This document shows, piece after piece, positions 25,023-37,460 of a stretch of DNA of 64,000 nt. The first letter of the stretch is position 1. Every line of letters starts with the position of its first letter. Made by a program: the position numbers and the translations under genes. The notes beneath the pieces are model-generated. The model made no database searches, had not been told where the DNA came from, and was given only the letters and a program-made list of their open reading frames with translations. This DNA is from Cenococcum geophilum (taxonomy: Eukaryota). Location: positions 9,114,001 to 9,178,000 of the forward strand of contig CP158636.1 of the NCBI GenBank assembly GCA_050273025.1, written 5' to 3'.

Positions 25023-28000
25023 CTAGTATAACCGCTAGGATTGTATCTGGGGTTACTTATAACCTAGCGTATTAAGATAAGGAGGATATTAAGGATGAAG
25101 AGGAGGGAAATAAGGTGTGACTTTAATAAGAATGTCTGCCATTTTAGATATCCGCTAAATAGGGCAATTAACGGGAAGAAGAGTATAACGCTAGATAGAG
25201 AGAGCTTAATAGCGAAACGTTAAAGGAAGTCCTAAAGAAGTACTTAGAAGGAAGGCAGAAGCTAGTATTTAAAGCGAAGGCTAGATTCCTTATATATTAA
25301 ATATTAAAGATAACGGATCTATTTATAATATAAATAGAAGGCTATAGGAGTAAGACTTAACAAAACGCTATAAGTATAGCAACTGCGTATAAATAAAAGG
25401 TAGAGAAAGTCCGCCTGGTTAATTTATTAGCACCAGATAAAATAGTTATAGGAGAAATAATAGAGTGGCGAGAAGTGGCCTTACGTTAGCAAAAGGCGTC
25501 TATTTAAGGGTTGCCCCTTAGTCCGTATAATTATTTCCTTAAGCCATAGTATATTAAGCTGGCCTATAGTACACAGCTAAAGCTAGAATAATTAGAGTGT
25601 GTAATTATAGGGGACCTCTAGCTAAGAGAATAAGAAATCTTTAAGGCTATGTTATTTAACTAAGAAGAGGCTCTAGTATAGGAGTTCTCTAAAATGGGTT
25701 GTGTTAGTAAAGATATAACTCTACTATTAAAAATTAAGACTATACCGTATAAAGTATAGTAAGTGCTAAACTTCCCTATACTAAGAGCCCTATAAGGGGA
25801 AGTAATAAATATATTATAAGAACGACTAGCTTAAGGGACTCTGGAATATTGCGAAAGCCTATATAGGAATCTATAGTTTCTTATAAGTAAAAAGAAATAT
25901 AAGAAGTACCGGCTAATTAACGCGGCGATAAATATTAACCGAGTGACTATTAGGGACGCAAATCTGCTACTATATACTAATAAGTTTTCTAAGGAGTTTA
26001 TAGGGTATAAGGTTATATCTCTAGTTAACTTCTCTAAATATAACTAATTAGAGCTAGATATAGAAAGTAGGAACTTAATAGCCTTTATAATACCTCTGGG
26101 ACTTCTATAATAAACGACGGTATCTATAAAAAAAAATTTAGTAGCCTAGTTTATAAGGACAATTACTAAGATTCTAGAGCGATACATCCTACACTATACC
26201 TTGCCGTTTCTGGATAATATTATAGTAAAAGGACTACAGACAATATATAATAGAGAAGAGAGCCTTTTAGGCGTGCGTAGATACATTCTAAAACACATTA
26301 TATGGCTAGACGGAATACTTGCAGATTTGGAATAAGCTAGGTATACGATCTTAGGCGCAAAGTCTTATTTCTATAAGGACGAGATTGTAGTGGTTGGTTA
26401 CCACTATAATAAAAAGGGGCGATATCCGGAAGAGTTAAAAGTCGTAAAGATTATTTACTGGAGAGACTATAAAGACGTTACGTCTGCCCGAGTATTTATA
26501 GAAGTTATTATATATTACCAAATATAGGTAAAAGACTTCGCAATAAAGGCAGAGCTAATTTTCTAACTGCTATAAGTAAACGTTCCGTTTATATAGGGTA
26601 TAGAGCAAATAGCTGCTATAAAGACTCTAAAGTATACAATTACTATTGCACCCGCGTTGGTTCAACTGGATTATAGTAAGAGGGCTAGGCTAATTGTTCT
26701 TGCCGTTAACGGATATAAGAATAGGTGGGGATGCGGTTTTATATAACTAAACGTATAAGGTCGTCGCTACCTATATTAATATAAGAGCGGCATCTAGTCT
26801 TAAGCGGAGTAAAAGTATAATTTAGGAAAGCTTAAATATCGGGCATTACTATATGTATTAAAGAAGTGTCGAGTATACCTATACGGCGTCCGCTTTACGG
26901 TTAAGATGGATATAAATACCTTAGTTACGTAACTAAATTATACTGCTACTAATTTGCTAGGAGCCTTAATAATATAATAGCTAGCATAGATCTAGTTATA
27001 GGACTTTAATATTAGGTATATACTAGGGAAGAAGAATAGCCTAGCTAATAGACTATTACGACGACTATTAGATGGTGAATAACCTAATAAGCCGACTGAG
27101 GATATTAAAGAGTTTATTAACTACAAGCTAAGTGCTTTAGAATATACGGCTAGCCTAGTTAAAAGGGAGGTAGATTTACTACTAGAAGACTTATATTTGG
27201 GGGAGTCTTAGAAGATTATAAAATAGCTAGTAACATTATAACGTCTAAAAGAAATAAATACTAAAGAATTTAAAAAGTTTAAATAATATGCGCTAAAATT
27301 CCTAGTGCGTAATTAACAGCTCTTCCGCTAATAGTTAAAAAATATGCTAATGCGAAGGGTAATTAATAACGAAAATACTTAGTAAGAGATTATTAAGAAC
27401 CTTTATAATTGGAGTGGACATCGTAGATAAAAAGGAACATATTAAAGAGTTTTAAATTAATATTAGTAGCTAGGACTATAGGATTAGATATTATAGTATA
27501 TTAAGTCGTGCCTATAATGCTAGGGACAACAGCTAGAATAAAAAGAAGAAGCAATACACCCTATATGGGAGTCTATTTTATAGCACTAAGTGACTATAAA
27601 TATTATGTTTATGCTAATAACTCATCTTAGTTTCTAATACCTAGCTACTGCTTAAGAATACGTATCTAGATAGGTGAAAGCTTAAGCCCTTCAAAAAAAG
27701 GATATAAAAAGCGTGGCGAAGTTTCTCTATAAAGACGTTATCTACAGATTGGGAGTATTCGGACAGCTTTCTATAGATAGTAGCGGAGAAAATGCTAATG
27801 TAACCGCTGCGCTCGCGGAGCTCTATAATATTAAAAGGGTTATAGCTTTTGTATATTACCCGCAGGGATAAGGCTTAATAGAGCGAGGATATAAGCCTAT
27901 AGTAGACGCTTTGGCAAAGATGGATAGCTTATAGCTAGATAATCTCTATACTATTTTATAGGTAGATAGAATAACCGTTAAGCGACCTATGGGAATAACG

Positions 28001-28630
28001 CTAGCGAGAGTTATATGCGGATATAAGCATGTCCTTCTTATTAAACTCTGTATACCTACTTAGTAAACGCTGCTTTAGTAAACAGTTTGGACTACTATAG
28101 AGCTATTAGTACTTTGTATAAAGCAGTTTAACTAAAGAGATGTAGATATATAAGAGGCTATTACGCGTATAAGATAACTAAGGGAGGCAAATAAAGAATA
28201 TTTTAATAATATCTACCATATTCGCTAGGACGTATTTAAGGTTAGGAATATAGTTATGCTTTATAACACGCAGCTTAAGTAAGACTATTTTAGCAGTTAT
28301 AGGTTGGATCTAAAATAGCTAGGCCCGTTCCGCGTACGTAAGAGTTACCCTTATAAAGAATGGTACTTAATTAAGGATCTTAACGGCATGCTGTTCCGTA
28401 ATTAAACTCTAGGGAATAGATTAAAGAAGTTCTATTAATAATAGATGTCTAAGGTCTGCTAGGAAGACTAACTTAACTAGTTAAGCGGAACTATGCTATA
28501 AGAAATAACAGCAGAGCTAAAACCTAAGGAGGATGCTATATAAAATCCACTAGTATCGTAACGCCGTATAGTTTAAGAAGTGCGCGTTTTAGAAAGATCG
28601 TTTAATAAAATAGAGTATAAAATATTTAAC
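25010..28630 (+). pseudogene. pol (RT-RNase H-integrase) of Gypsy E
   Basis: (P)YRN(PW)FL ~25860, FLD(D)I 26207-26221, RNase H LAV(D)G ~26700, integrase AYYPQG(Q)GLIERG(H)KP ~27850, GPF ~28320. Confidence 0.88.
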
Positions 28631-29080
28631 TAGGGGACAGTTAAGTTCTAAGGTAGGGGAGGGGATATAGATAACAGCCGTGTAATCCGTCCGTTTATTT
28701 GCCGTATTTCCTAAAGCTCTTTCTATTATACTTTCTTATTTACTTTTTTTAGTTAGGAATTTAATATGTAGTAGCAGTAAGGTAAGAATAGAAGAATATT
28801 TGCGCATAACCATCTAGTATTATTCACTGTAAAGATATTAGTTCCGCTTACTGCCTTTACTAAGCTAATAGCGATTTTCCATTCTGGGGATAGAAAATTA
28901 TAATTAGTCTATTTAATAATTAAAGCTGGTAGAACTCCATACTACTACCTAAATTTGGTAGACCATTTAGATTAGGAAGCCCTATTTAGAACTTTACCTT
29001 TTTACCCTTAATAAACCTTAAATACAGCCGTAATTAGTTAAAGTCACAAATTAAATAGAATTAATAATAGTATATTTATT

Positions 29081-31903
29081 ATATCTTTATCTAGTAGACC
29101 TTTAGTATTATATAAAGGAGCTAAGTAATAGATTAGTGACGTCCTTATAGAAGTTAGAGGCTTCGTAGTTAATTAGTGTTGGGTAGTACTCCTCTAAATT
29201 TATAACGAGATTCTGCTCTCTTAAGAAAACTACGCAAATGCTACTAATGTGGTAGTTAATTTTGTTAACTAGAATAACGGGCTATAAGCGTCTCTAGAAA
29301 GGGACGCGTTCTTATTAATCTTTAAGGATATCTCTAACGTTAGTAAGATGGCAAAAAATTAAAGAAATTAGTGTAATAAAGCTAGAGAAACTATCCAAAA
29401 GTCCTAGAGATAAGGTATTCTTAACGGTCCACTTAAACACGCGGTCTTTTACTACTTCCTTTTTACTACCTAAAAGCTTACTATCTACCCACTTTATAAA
29501 GTAACGGCACGAGTTAATAAGGCCCTAATTAATATGCTTAAATATCTAGGACGCGGCATTAAGAACACTACTTAACTATAGCTAACCAATTTTACGCTCG
29601 CGCTAAAGATGCTAGGAAGGGCAGTATTAGACTAGGTGGTAAATAAGTATAGCTTAGAAAGACACTTAACTGGCTTTCTTATTCTAAATAAGAACCTACT
29701 ATTAAGAAGTAAAAAACTAACTACTATAGGGCTAGAGGTTACTAATATTGGAATTAGATAAGTAGAAGAGAGCTTAGCTCTTATACTGTAAATATATTTA
29801 TAATATACTTCTAATATAATAAATCCCTTAGCCTTTTAGCCATTAACACCTATTTAAGGAGGAGGCGTTAGTATTATGCTAAGTCCATCCTAATAAGAAT
29901 CACCTATATTAGTTAACTTACCTTTATTATCTATAAACGAGAGCATTCTTGTAGCTGGAACGCCTATTAGCTCGCCCTTGTGGCTGCCAGTATCTTTATT
30001 AAGAAGGAATCTAAAAAGAGGGCTAACAATTGCTTACCTAAAAGTAGGAGGGCTAGGAGTAAAATTAATATTTAATAAGAACGTTATTAAGCCGGGAGAT
30101 AATAAGGAGTATATTAAGGAGGCTGTAGATACTATAGTAATACTCCGCGTAAAATAAGGGTGTAACTGTAAGAATAATATACCCGCTTATCTTAAGGCGT
30201 CCCTAAACTAAACCACTAAAATTAAACTAACTAAGGTTATAAAGCTCTTGTGTAGTTAGTATAGGGTAGCTAGTTCTAATTTAGAGATATATAAGGTCTG
30301 CTAAATATATACGTAAGCTATAGGAGGACGTATAGGTTTAGTGATAAAGGGTTTAAACTATACCGCACTGTATTACAGACTCCGTTTAATATATTACGTT
30401 TATAACTACCTTAGCACTATAAAGACTAATCCTACTATATACTTTTAGTTTAGAAAGGCTTATAGACCTCTAGTTCTATCTAATTCCTTAGGACTATATA
30501 AGTTTATTTATAACTTAGCGCCAAGGTTTTTATATAATAGAGAGGCTTTACTTAATCGGATAATATTACTAGAAGACTAAGAAGTATAGTAGTAAGAAGG
30601 ATCTATAATTTCGAACGTGTTTAGATAGTAGTGGGATTCTAGTATCTTAGTAATAATCGATAAGGAAATACGCATATACCGCCACTATTAGCGTCTAATT
30701 AATAGGCGGCTAAATTATAGCTAGTTAAGAATAATAGTCTATAGTCTTTACTAATAGCTAATAAGATAAAACCCTTAGTATTATTGTCTCTATTACGCCC
30801 TTAGACCTAACAGCTAGTGGCAACTTATTTCCTACCCTTATTATACAAAATTCGTAGTTAAAGGAGACTCTACAGCTTTCCGCCACATTAACGTTAATAT
30901 TCCCTCGCTCTTTAAAAGTGGACGCGGTGCCGATATAATCTAAGGGAGCATTTCTTTGGATAATAAGACTAAGGATAACTGCACGATTATCCTACCTTAC
31001 ATATATCACCACCTAGAATTATAGTAGGAAGATCTTAAGGCGTAAGGATTAACTAAGGGTGATAGATTTGTTTATAAGATCTCTAACTAAGACTAAACCA
31101 CTAAAGACGTAGAGAAGTATGCAACCGACTAGGTAGCTTAGCTATATAAGAAAGGAGATATATATATAACTATACCTTACCTTCCTTATAAAGCAAAAGG
31201 ACCTTTAACTAAAACCCGGCGAATAATGCTGCTATAGTTTATTAGTATTTAGGACGATTATAATAACCTTAAGGTCACTAAAGGAGGTACTTAGGCAGAG
31301 TTAGTAGATGCGCACTAAGACTTAAAAGCGCCGCCTCGTACGCCGTCTAGACATACTAATTTCTATAGCGTAATTCTATATCGCTTCCCTATAGCAGTTA
31401 AGCTTATAGCTGCTAGCGCTCTATCTAACACCCTTCTTAGTAAACAATAATAGGATTCTCTAGTAGTAGTTTAAGATTGTAACCTTCTTCTTAATAGCAA
31501 CGGGAACGAAGTTAGGAAATAGATGCATTCCTACCGTCTTAGGGCCGTTAAGAATTATAAAGATGCGTTTAAGCTAATGCGTACGACTAAGATAGAACGC
31601 TTTAATAGCCGCTTTTACTTCTACTACATCGATAATGGAATTGATTCTTTAGCTATTATGGTAGATCTAAGTAGAGTACCCCTAGTTATTATAGAAGGAT
31701 AAAGTTATACGGAGTTGCTTAAAGAATTATAGGACAGAACTAAGCAAATAGAAGGGCGCGAAAGAGCTATATTATCTAAGAGCCGCTAGTCTAAAGTCTC
31801 TCTTGCTGCTTAGCTAAGTAGATAAGAACGGTCTCATTCAACCAGAACGGAGTCTCCTCGTTCGCTATCTCGGGTTTGTGGTAAGGGTAAAGAACGCATA
31901 TAA
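29081..31903 (+). pseudogene. Retrotransposon-borne 941-codon ORF with C-terminal 2OG-Fe(II) dioxygenase-like domain (RIP-inactivated)
   Basis: A single frame with no frameshift, broken only by TAA/TAG. FRHI(D)VN at 30878-30898, I(Q)GSISLD, LP(H)(G)AKGP at 31181-31204, TRR at 31214-31222, GCxC at 30158-30169. Confidence 0.7.
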
Positions 31904-32009
31904 TTCGTCAGGAAAACGGGAGAGTGGTAGGGGCTAGCCAGGGGCTGGCCCGGGGCTGGCCCGGGGTCATTTTAGCTGGATCCGCTGATCTGCTCATGTA
32001 CACTTCTTT

Positions 32010-32100
32010 ACGCTAGCAACATTAGCAACATTAGCAACATTAGCAATATTAGCAATATTAGCAATATTAGCAATATTAGTAATATTAATAATATTAACCC
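32010..32100. repeat. 9-bp minisatellite (ACATTAGCA/ATATTAGCA)
   Basis: About ten tandem units decaying into AT-rich sequence. Confidence 0.9.
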
Positions 32101-32319
32101 CAAAAATTATAATATATCTTTTTACTATAATAGTTATAATATTTTCTATAACTGCAATATTTATATAAAAATAATAATAAATTTTAAATTTTAAAATTTG
32201 GGTATTAAGCAATTAATTAAAATAAGTGGGAAGCCTCTTGCAAAAGCTCCAAATCGTCAATTGGCGATATTCCTGACGATCCACCGGCCGTGTACTGATT
32301 TCCTAACTAGGCCTAGCAC

Positions 32320-32480
32320 CCGCCTACCCGCCTGCCTGCCTACCTACCTGCTTGCCTACCTGCCTGCCTACCTACCTGCCTGCCTACCTGCCTGCCTACC
32401 TCTACCTATCTGTACCTACCTGTCTGTGCCTACCTGTGTATGCCTACCTGTCTGTGCCTACCGTCTATATCTGTCTATGG
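32320..32480. repeat. (CCTA/CCTG)n array
   Basis: CTACCTGCCTGCCTACCT runs. Confidence 0.9.
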
Positions 32481-32584
32481 TATCTAATTCAATTTGATTC
32501 GCTAGCGGGCTGATATCGAGGCTCTGGTTCGATTCGATCGATCGATTAAGTCGTTCGTGGTGTTGCTGATTGGTTGTTCGAACG

Positions 32585-33062
32585 ATCGTCGTCTGGTCCT
32601 GATGACAGTCGTCTGGTTCTGATGACAGTCGTCTGGTCCTGATGACGGTCGTCCTGATGACAGTCGTCTGGTTCTGACGACGGTCGTCTAGTTCTGACGA
32701 CGGTCGTCTAGTTCTGGCGACGGTCGTCTGGTCCTGATGACGGTCGTCCTGATGACAGTCGTCTGGTTCTGACGACGGTCGTCTAGTTCTGGCGACGGTC
32801 GTCTGGTTCTGGCGACGGTCGTCTGGTCCTGATGATGGTCGTCCTGATGACGGTCGTCTGGTTCTGGCGACGGTCGTCTAGTTCTGGCGACGGCCGTCTG
32901 GTTCTGGCGACGGTCGTCTGGTCCTGATGACGGTCGTCCTGATGACAGTTATCTAGTTCTGGCGACGGTCGTCTGGTTCTAGCAATAATCATCTAGTTCT
33001 GGCGATGGTCGTCTGGTTCTGGCGATAGTCGTCTGGTTCTGGCGATAGTCGTCTGGTTCTGG
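32585..33062. repeat. 21-bp minisatellite GTCGTCTGGTTCTGGCGACG with 15-bp variants
   Basis: More than 20 tandem units. Source of ORFs 32783-32992 and 32993-33205. Confidence 0.92.
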
Positions 33063-33359
33063 CCACAGTCCTCTACTAGCTGCCGTTGTAGTGCCTCCCT
33101 AGGTAGAGAGGAAGGAAGGGTGAAAAATAAGTGGTATTTAGGTGTACAAGGGGTATGCAAAGACACGTCGAGGCTGCCGGGAATATAGTGGGGACCCGAT
33201 AGCACTGTGGGCCGCTGTCAGGACGATTGAGATAACTAGGAAAATCAAAGTCCTACTAGGAGCCTGCTAGGAAGCCTGCTAGGAGCCTGCTAGGAGGCCT
33301 TTAGGATTTTAATACCCTAATAGCAATAAACGCAATAATAGTAATAATATTTATTTTAT

Positions 33360-33550
33360 AGCCATAAGCTAGCATAATGCTAGCGTATAGCTCTAGGGCC
33401 TAGCTAATATGGTAGAAAGCTGGCGTAGAGCTCTAGGGGGTCAGCTAATATGGCGGAAAGCTAGCGTAGAGCTCTAGGGGGTCAGCTAATATGGCGGAAA
33501 GCTAGCGTATAGCCCTAGGGGGTCAGCTAATATGGCGGAGAGCTAGCCCT
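33360..33550. repeat. ~41-bp tandem repeat (GCTAATATGGCGGAAAGCTAGCGTAGAGCTCTAGGGGGTCA)
   Basis: Four to five units next to the right TIR. Confidence 0.85.
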
Positions 33551-33696
33551 GGGCCCTAAAAACACTTTTAGCGAAACTAAATTTCGTGCGCCACCCCCCG
33601 TTTTTCTGACGTTACCTACCGCGCCTTTGTTTTAAAGATAAGGAGTTTTAGAGTTTTAGAAGTTATTAGGGGACAACAACTTAGGTAGGGGAGGTA

Positions 33697-33963
33697 TATA
33701 GTGGTGTAATTTGGCCCCTAGATTTAACATCTAGATTAGGCATAGCTTTAGGAGAGCCTAGGCCTTACACAAGTTATATAGATTGGTCTGGAGCCCTTAG
33801 AGTCTTTAATAACTCGGATAGGCACGACGGATATAGAATACACTCTTTTCTTCTCTTCTTATTGACTGCTTTCCTACTAATTTCTACTAACTAATTGCGA
33901 CCGACCGACCGACCTAATAGCACTATGACTTTATATCTAAGAGTGACCGCGTACACCACTACA
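33697..33963 (+). repeat. 3' LTR of Gypsy E
   Basis: Direct repeat of 21627-21893, preceded by PPT AGGTAGGGGAGG. Confidence 0.95.
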
Positions 33964-36900
33964 CTACTAGGACAATAAAGGAGATAATAATCTTTTAGTT
34001 TGGAAGGATAATACAATCCTATATTAAATGGAAGAATATTATAAATAATAGACTATTAAATACGCCTAACTAGGAAGTCTATTAGCGTTTAATATAAGCC
34101 GACTACTACGCTAACGGAAGCGTAGAGTATTATTAAAAGACGCTCGTCTAGATTTAAAAGGAGATATATATTTATAGTATTTGTGTCTAGGTTATCCAGG
34201 ACCTATAAGTCTTTATTATTTAGGTCTTAACGTCTTAGAAATTAAGCTTCGAGGCCTAAAGATAACGGAATATTAATATTGCAGTCTCGCTACAATCAAG
34301 CGTTAGGTCTTAAGAAGGTTCTTAAAACAAAATATTAATAAACCTTATCTTAACCTCCATATTAACTAGACTAACCTTAAGGAAGCATATACTAGATTTG
34401 TATAAGTTATATTTATCTATAATACCTTTTTAAAAAGAACCTTTCTGTATTATATAACGACGCATAGTAAAGAAAAGGAGACACTATAAGTGCTTAAAGA
34501 TTTCACCTAATGGATTTGTCTAAGGTATAACCTTAAGGTTAATACTATTAGATTAGATAATAAGCTAGGGAGAAGGAGAACCCTTAAATAGTTACGGACT
34601 TTAAGAATCATATTTAAGCCTTTAGCGCTATATACCTAAGCTTAAAACAGTACCACCAAACGCTTAGGGGGTGTAATTATTAAGAGATTATAAGTAATAA
34701 GAATTGCTACTAATCTACCACACAACCTATAGAACGAGATAGTTAACTGCGCAGTATACCTTTAAGATTAAACGCCACTAAAAAGCAATAGTTGGAAATT
34801 ACTATATAAGAAGTTCTATACCTTCCTAGCTAATAGGTTAAGAAAGCCGCAACTAGCGCACTTAAAAGCCTATAGCTGTAGGGCGTACGCGATAACATTA
34901 AACGCCTAGCTAAAGAAGAAAAGGCTAAGTAAGCTAGATCCGCGAGCCCATATTGGCTACCTTATTAGCTATAACTCTACCAATATCTATAGGATCTGGA
35001 TCCTATATAAAGGTATCGTTATCTTTACTAGGGACGTTATCTTTAACAAGAAGACGTTCTTTAACGGTAAGCGAATAGACGTCTTAAAGGACCTATACGC
35101 TGAGTTAGACACGCTAATTAAGAAGATTTAACTCCTTAATACCTTAACTAAGAATAAGGTCCTTTTGGAAGACGATAAAGAAATATTTAAACCGTTAATT
35201 TAAGAGGAAAACAACGATAACGTTAATAAGCCAGTGCGAACCTTTAATAAGTTAGCAGATCTTAAGCTTATAAGAGCTCTCAAAGATGCGTACTATACAC
35301 TACCTCTAATAAAAGAAGATAAAGAATCTCTATATACCTTTTACATTAAGTATCCTATAAAGTTAGATGTATAAGGTACTAATTAAGACATCGCTTATTA
35401 AGTAGGAGATGCGTTTAACACTTAGGGGGTGTCTAATAACTTAGTTAAAGACTTATTTAAGGAAGCTAGTAATAATAGGTTTAAAGACTTTATTACTAAA
35501 AGGATCACATTAGCCTATTACGGCACCTTTTTAGCAGGAAGGAAGTTTAACCTTAATAGTTAACTTAATAATAGTAAGCTGAAATTAGGCAAAATACGCA
35601 ATGTTAGATTATATAGGAAGAACCTACCTCCGCCACCCTAGTTAATCTAGGACCTTAATACGTATCCTCTTTAAGATTGGTTCTAAAAGGCTTAACGAGC
35701 CTATATCCAATCTTATTATTAAATAAGGTTGTTTTAAGAAACAGATAAGAAGTATATAAAGGGACAGTAGGTCCTTAGCTTAATATAGGTGTTTATCTAT
35801 AAGACAGATAAGTATAAATTTCTCTAGAAATGTAAGGCACGCTTAGTAGTCTACTAAAATTAATAGGCCCTAGGAGACCTATTTACGAGAGCTACTATAT
35901 TAGCTAGTACGACCTTCCGAACCCTTATGGCGATTATTATAAAATTCGACCTAAAGACGATATAAATAGATGCAGTTAATGCGTTTGTCTATTATAATCT
36001 TAACAAGGTCGTCTATATAAAGCTACCGCTAGGGTTTAATAAAGAAAAGACAGATAAAGTACTGCGCTTAAGAAAAGCCTTATACGGACTATAACGATCA
36101 CTACTATTATAGTAGAAGAATCTCACGAGCTTATTAAATAAATTGGGTTTTAAAGAAGTACCCTAGGAGCCATGTATTATGCTAAAAGGTAAAATAGTCA
36201 TCTTCTTCTACGTTAACGATATTATCTTCTGCTACCAAAAGATAGATAAGAAGAAAGCTTAAGAAGCAATTAAGGAGCTAAGCAAGGAATACTAGATAAG
36301 TACCCTTAGCGAGCTAAAATGATTCTTAAGAATCTACGTACTACGCAATTATAGCTAGAGGCTCCTATAGCTATCCTAGGAAGCCTATATTAAGAAGATA
36401 GCTAACTAGTATAAGATAAATCTTAGAGGGCGTCTTTTAAACACTCCTATAGTAGAACCGAAACTCCTCCCTACTAATTACTATATAATCTATTTAATGC
36501 GTTTGTCCCCCAATATAGACCTATTAGTCCGTCCTATATCCCTACTAGCTTCTACGATACTATATTAGAGAAAACTAGGTTTAGTACTCTATATAGCCAC
36601 TATAACGCGTCTAGATATTACCTTTATAGTATTACAGCTAGTAAGATTTAATTAAGACCCAAGCTAAAAGCACTATTAAGCGGCAGATAGAGTTATCTAG
36701 TACCTATATAGCACGAGAAGCAGAGCAATCTACTATAGAGGAGATAAGGAAGGAACGAACGGTAAAGGGAAAGATAAAGAAATACGCAACTAAGGACGAG
36801 ATAATAGAGACGGTAGAAGTAAAGCGCAATCATTTATCTATACTAGCGACGCATTATTTACGGATAACTCTATTAATAGAAAGAGCTTATAAGGATATAT

Positions 36901-37460
36901 TATAAAGCTATTTAGGGGGCTAATTGCCTGGAGAGTAAATAAGTAGGGTATAGTTATAACATTAAGCACAAAAGCTAAGCTATTAGCCCTATTATAAACA
37001 GTAAAGGAAGCCATCTTTATTAGTAGGCTACTTAAAGTAATAACGTTAAGGCTAAACGAGCCCTTAATTATTAACTATAATAATACCTAGACACTCTAAC
37101 TAATTATAGAAGATACGGTAAAGCTAATTACAAAGCTCTAATACGTCAACATTTATTAATACTGGTTGCGTTAAGAATACGTAATAAGACGAGTGCTATT
37201 TTAATGGAAAGTAATAAAGGAGATAATTACTAATAGACTTATAAAGGCCCTGCCTAAGTAAAGGTTTAAGAGCTTCGTTAATATAATTAGAATGGTGGAT
37301 ATTAAGGAGCGGCTAAATAAGGAGAAGTAATTAGAGGACCTAAGGGAGAATATTAGAGCGAGACGGAAGAATTTAGATAAGATTATAGTTTAATTAACGC
37401 ACTAACGAACATAAGAAGGTGGTTAGCTTCGTCCTCAACCAGGTCAAAGCTAAGGGGGTA

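Larger units (their letters stand above)
31906..33611. mobile_element. Non-autonomous TIR-bounded minisatellite element, copy 2 (inverted relative to copy 1), inside Gypsy E 3' region
   Basis: Ends CGTCAGGAAAACGGGAGAGTGG and CCACCCCCCGTTTTTCTGACG, flanked by TT on both sides. Contains 11-, 9-, 4-, 21-, 13- and ~41-bp tandem arrays. Unique segment 33065-33205 is the reverse complement homologue of 9660-9810. Confidence 0.7.
21627..33963 (+). mobile_element. Large full-length Ty3/Gypsy element E (12.3 kb) with about 5 kb extra 3' cargo
   Basis: 267-bp LTRs at 21627-21893 and 33697-33963 (T(g)TAGTGGTGTA...TACACCACTACA). A 4-bp TSD CTAC restores the Copia D codons KGYY(W)DNKG. PBS TGGTATTCC follows the 5' LTR and the PPT precedes the 3' LTR. 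Confidence 0.93.

Noticed and set aside
31994..33205. Short ORFs 31994-32212, 32198-32497, 32783-32992 and 32993-33205
   Set aside because: Low-complexity translations of the 9-, 4- and 21-bp arrays.
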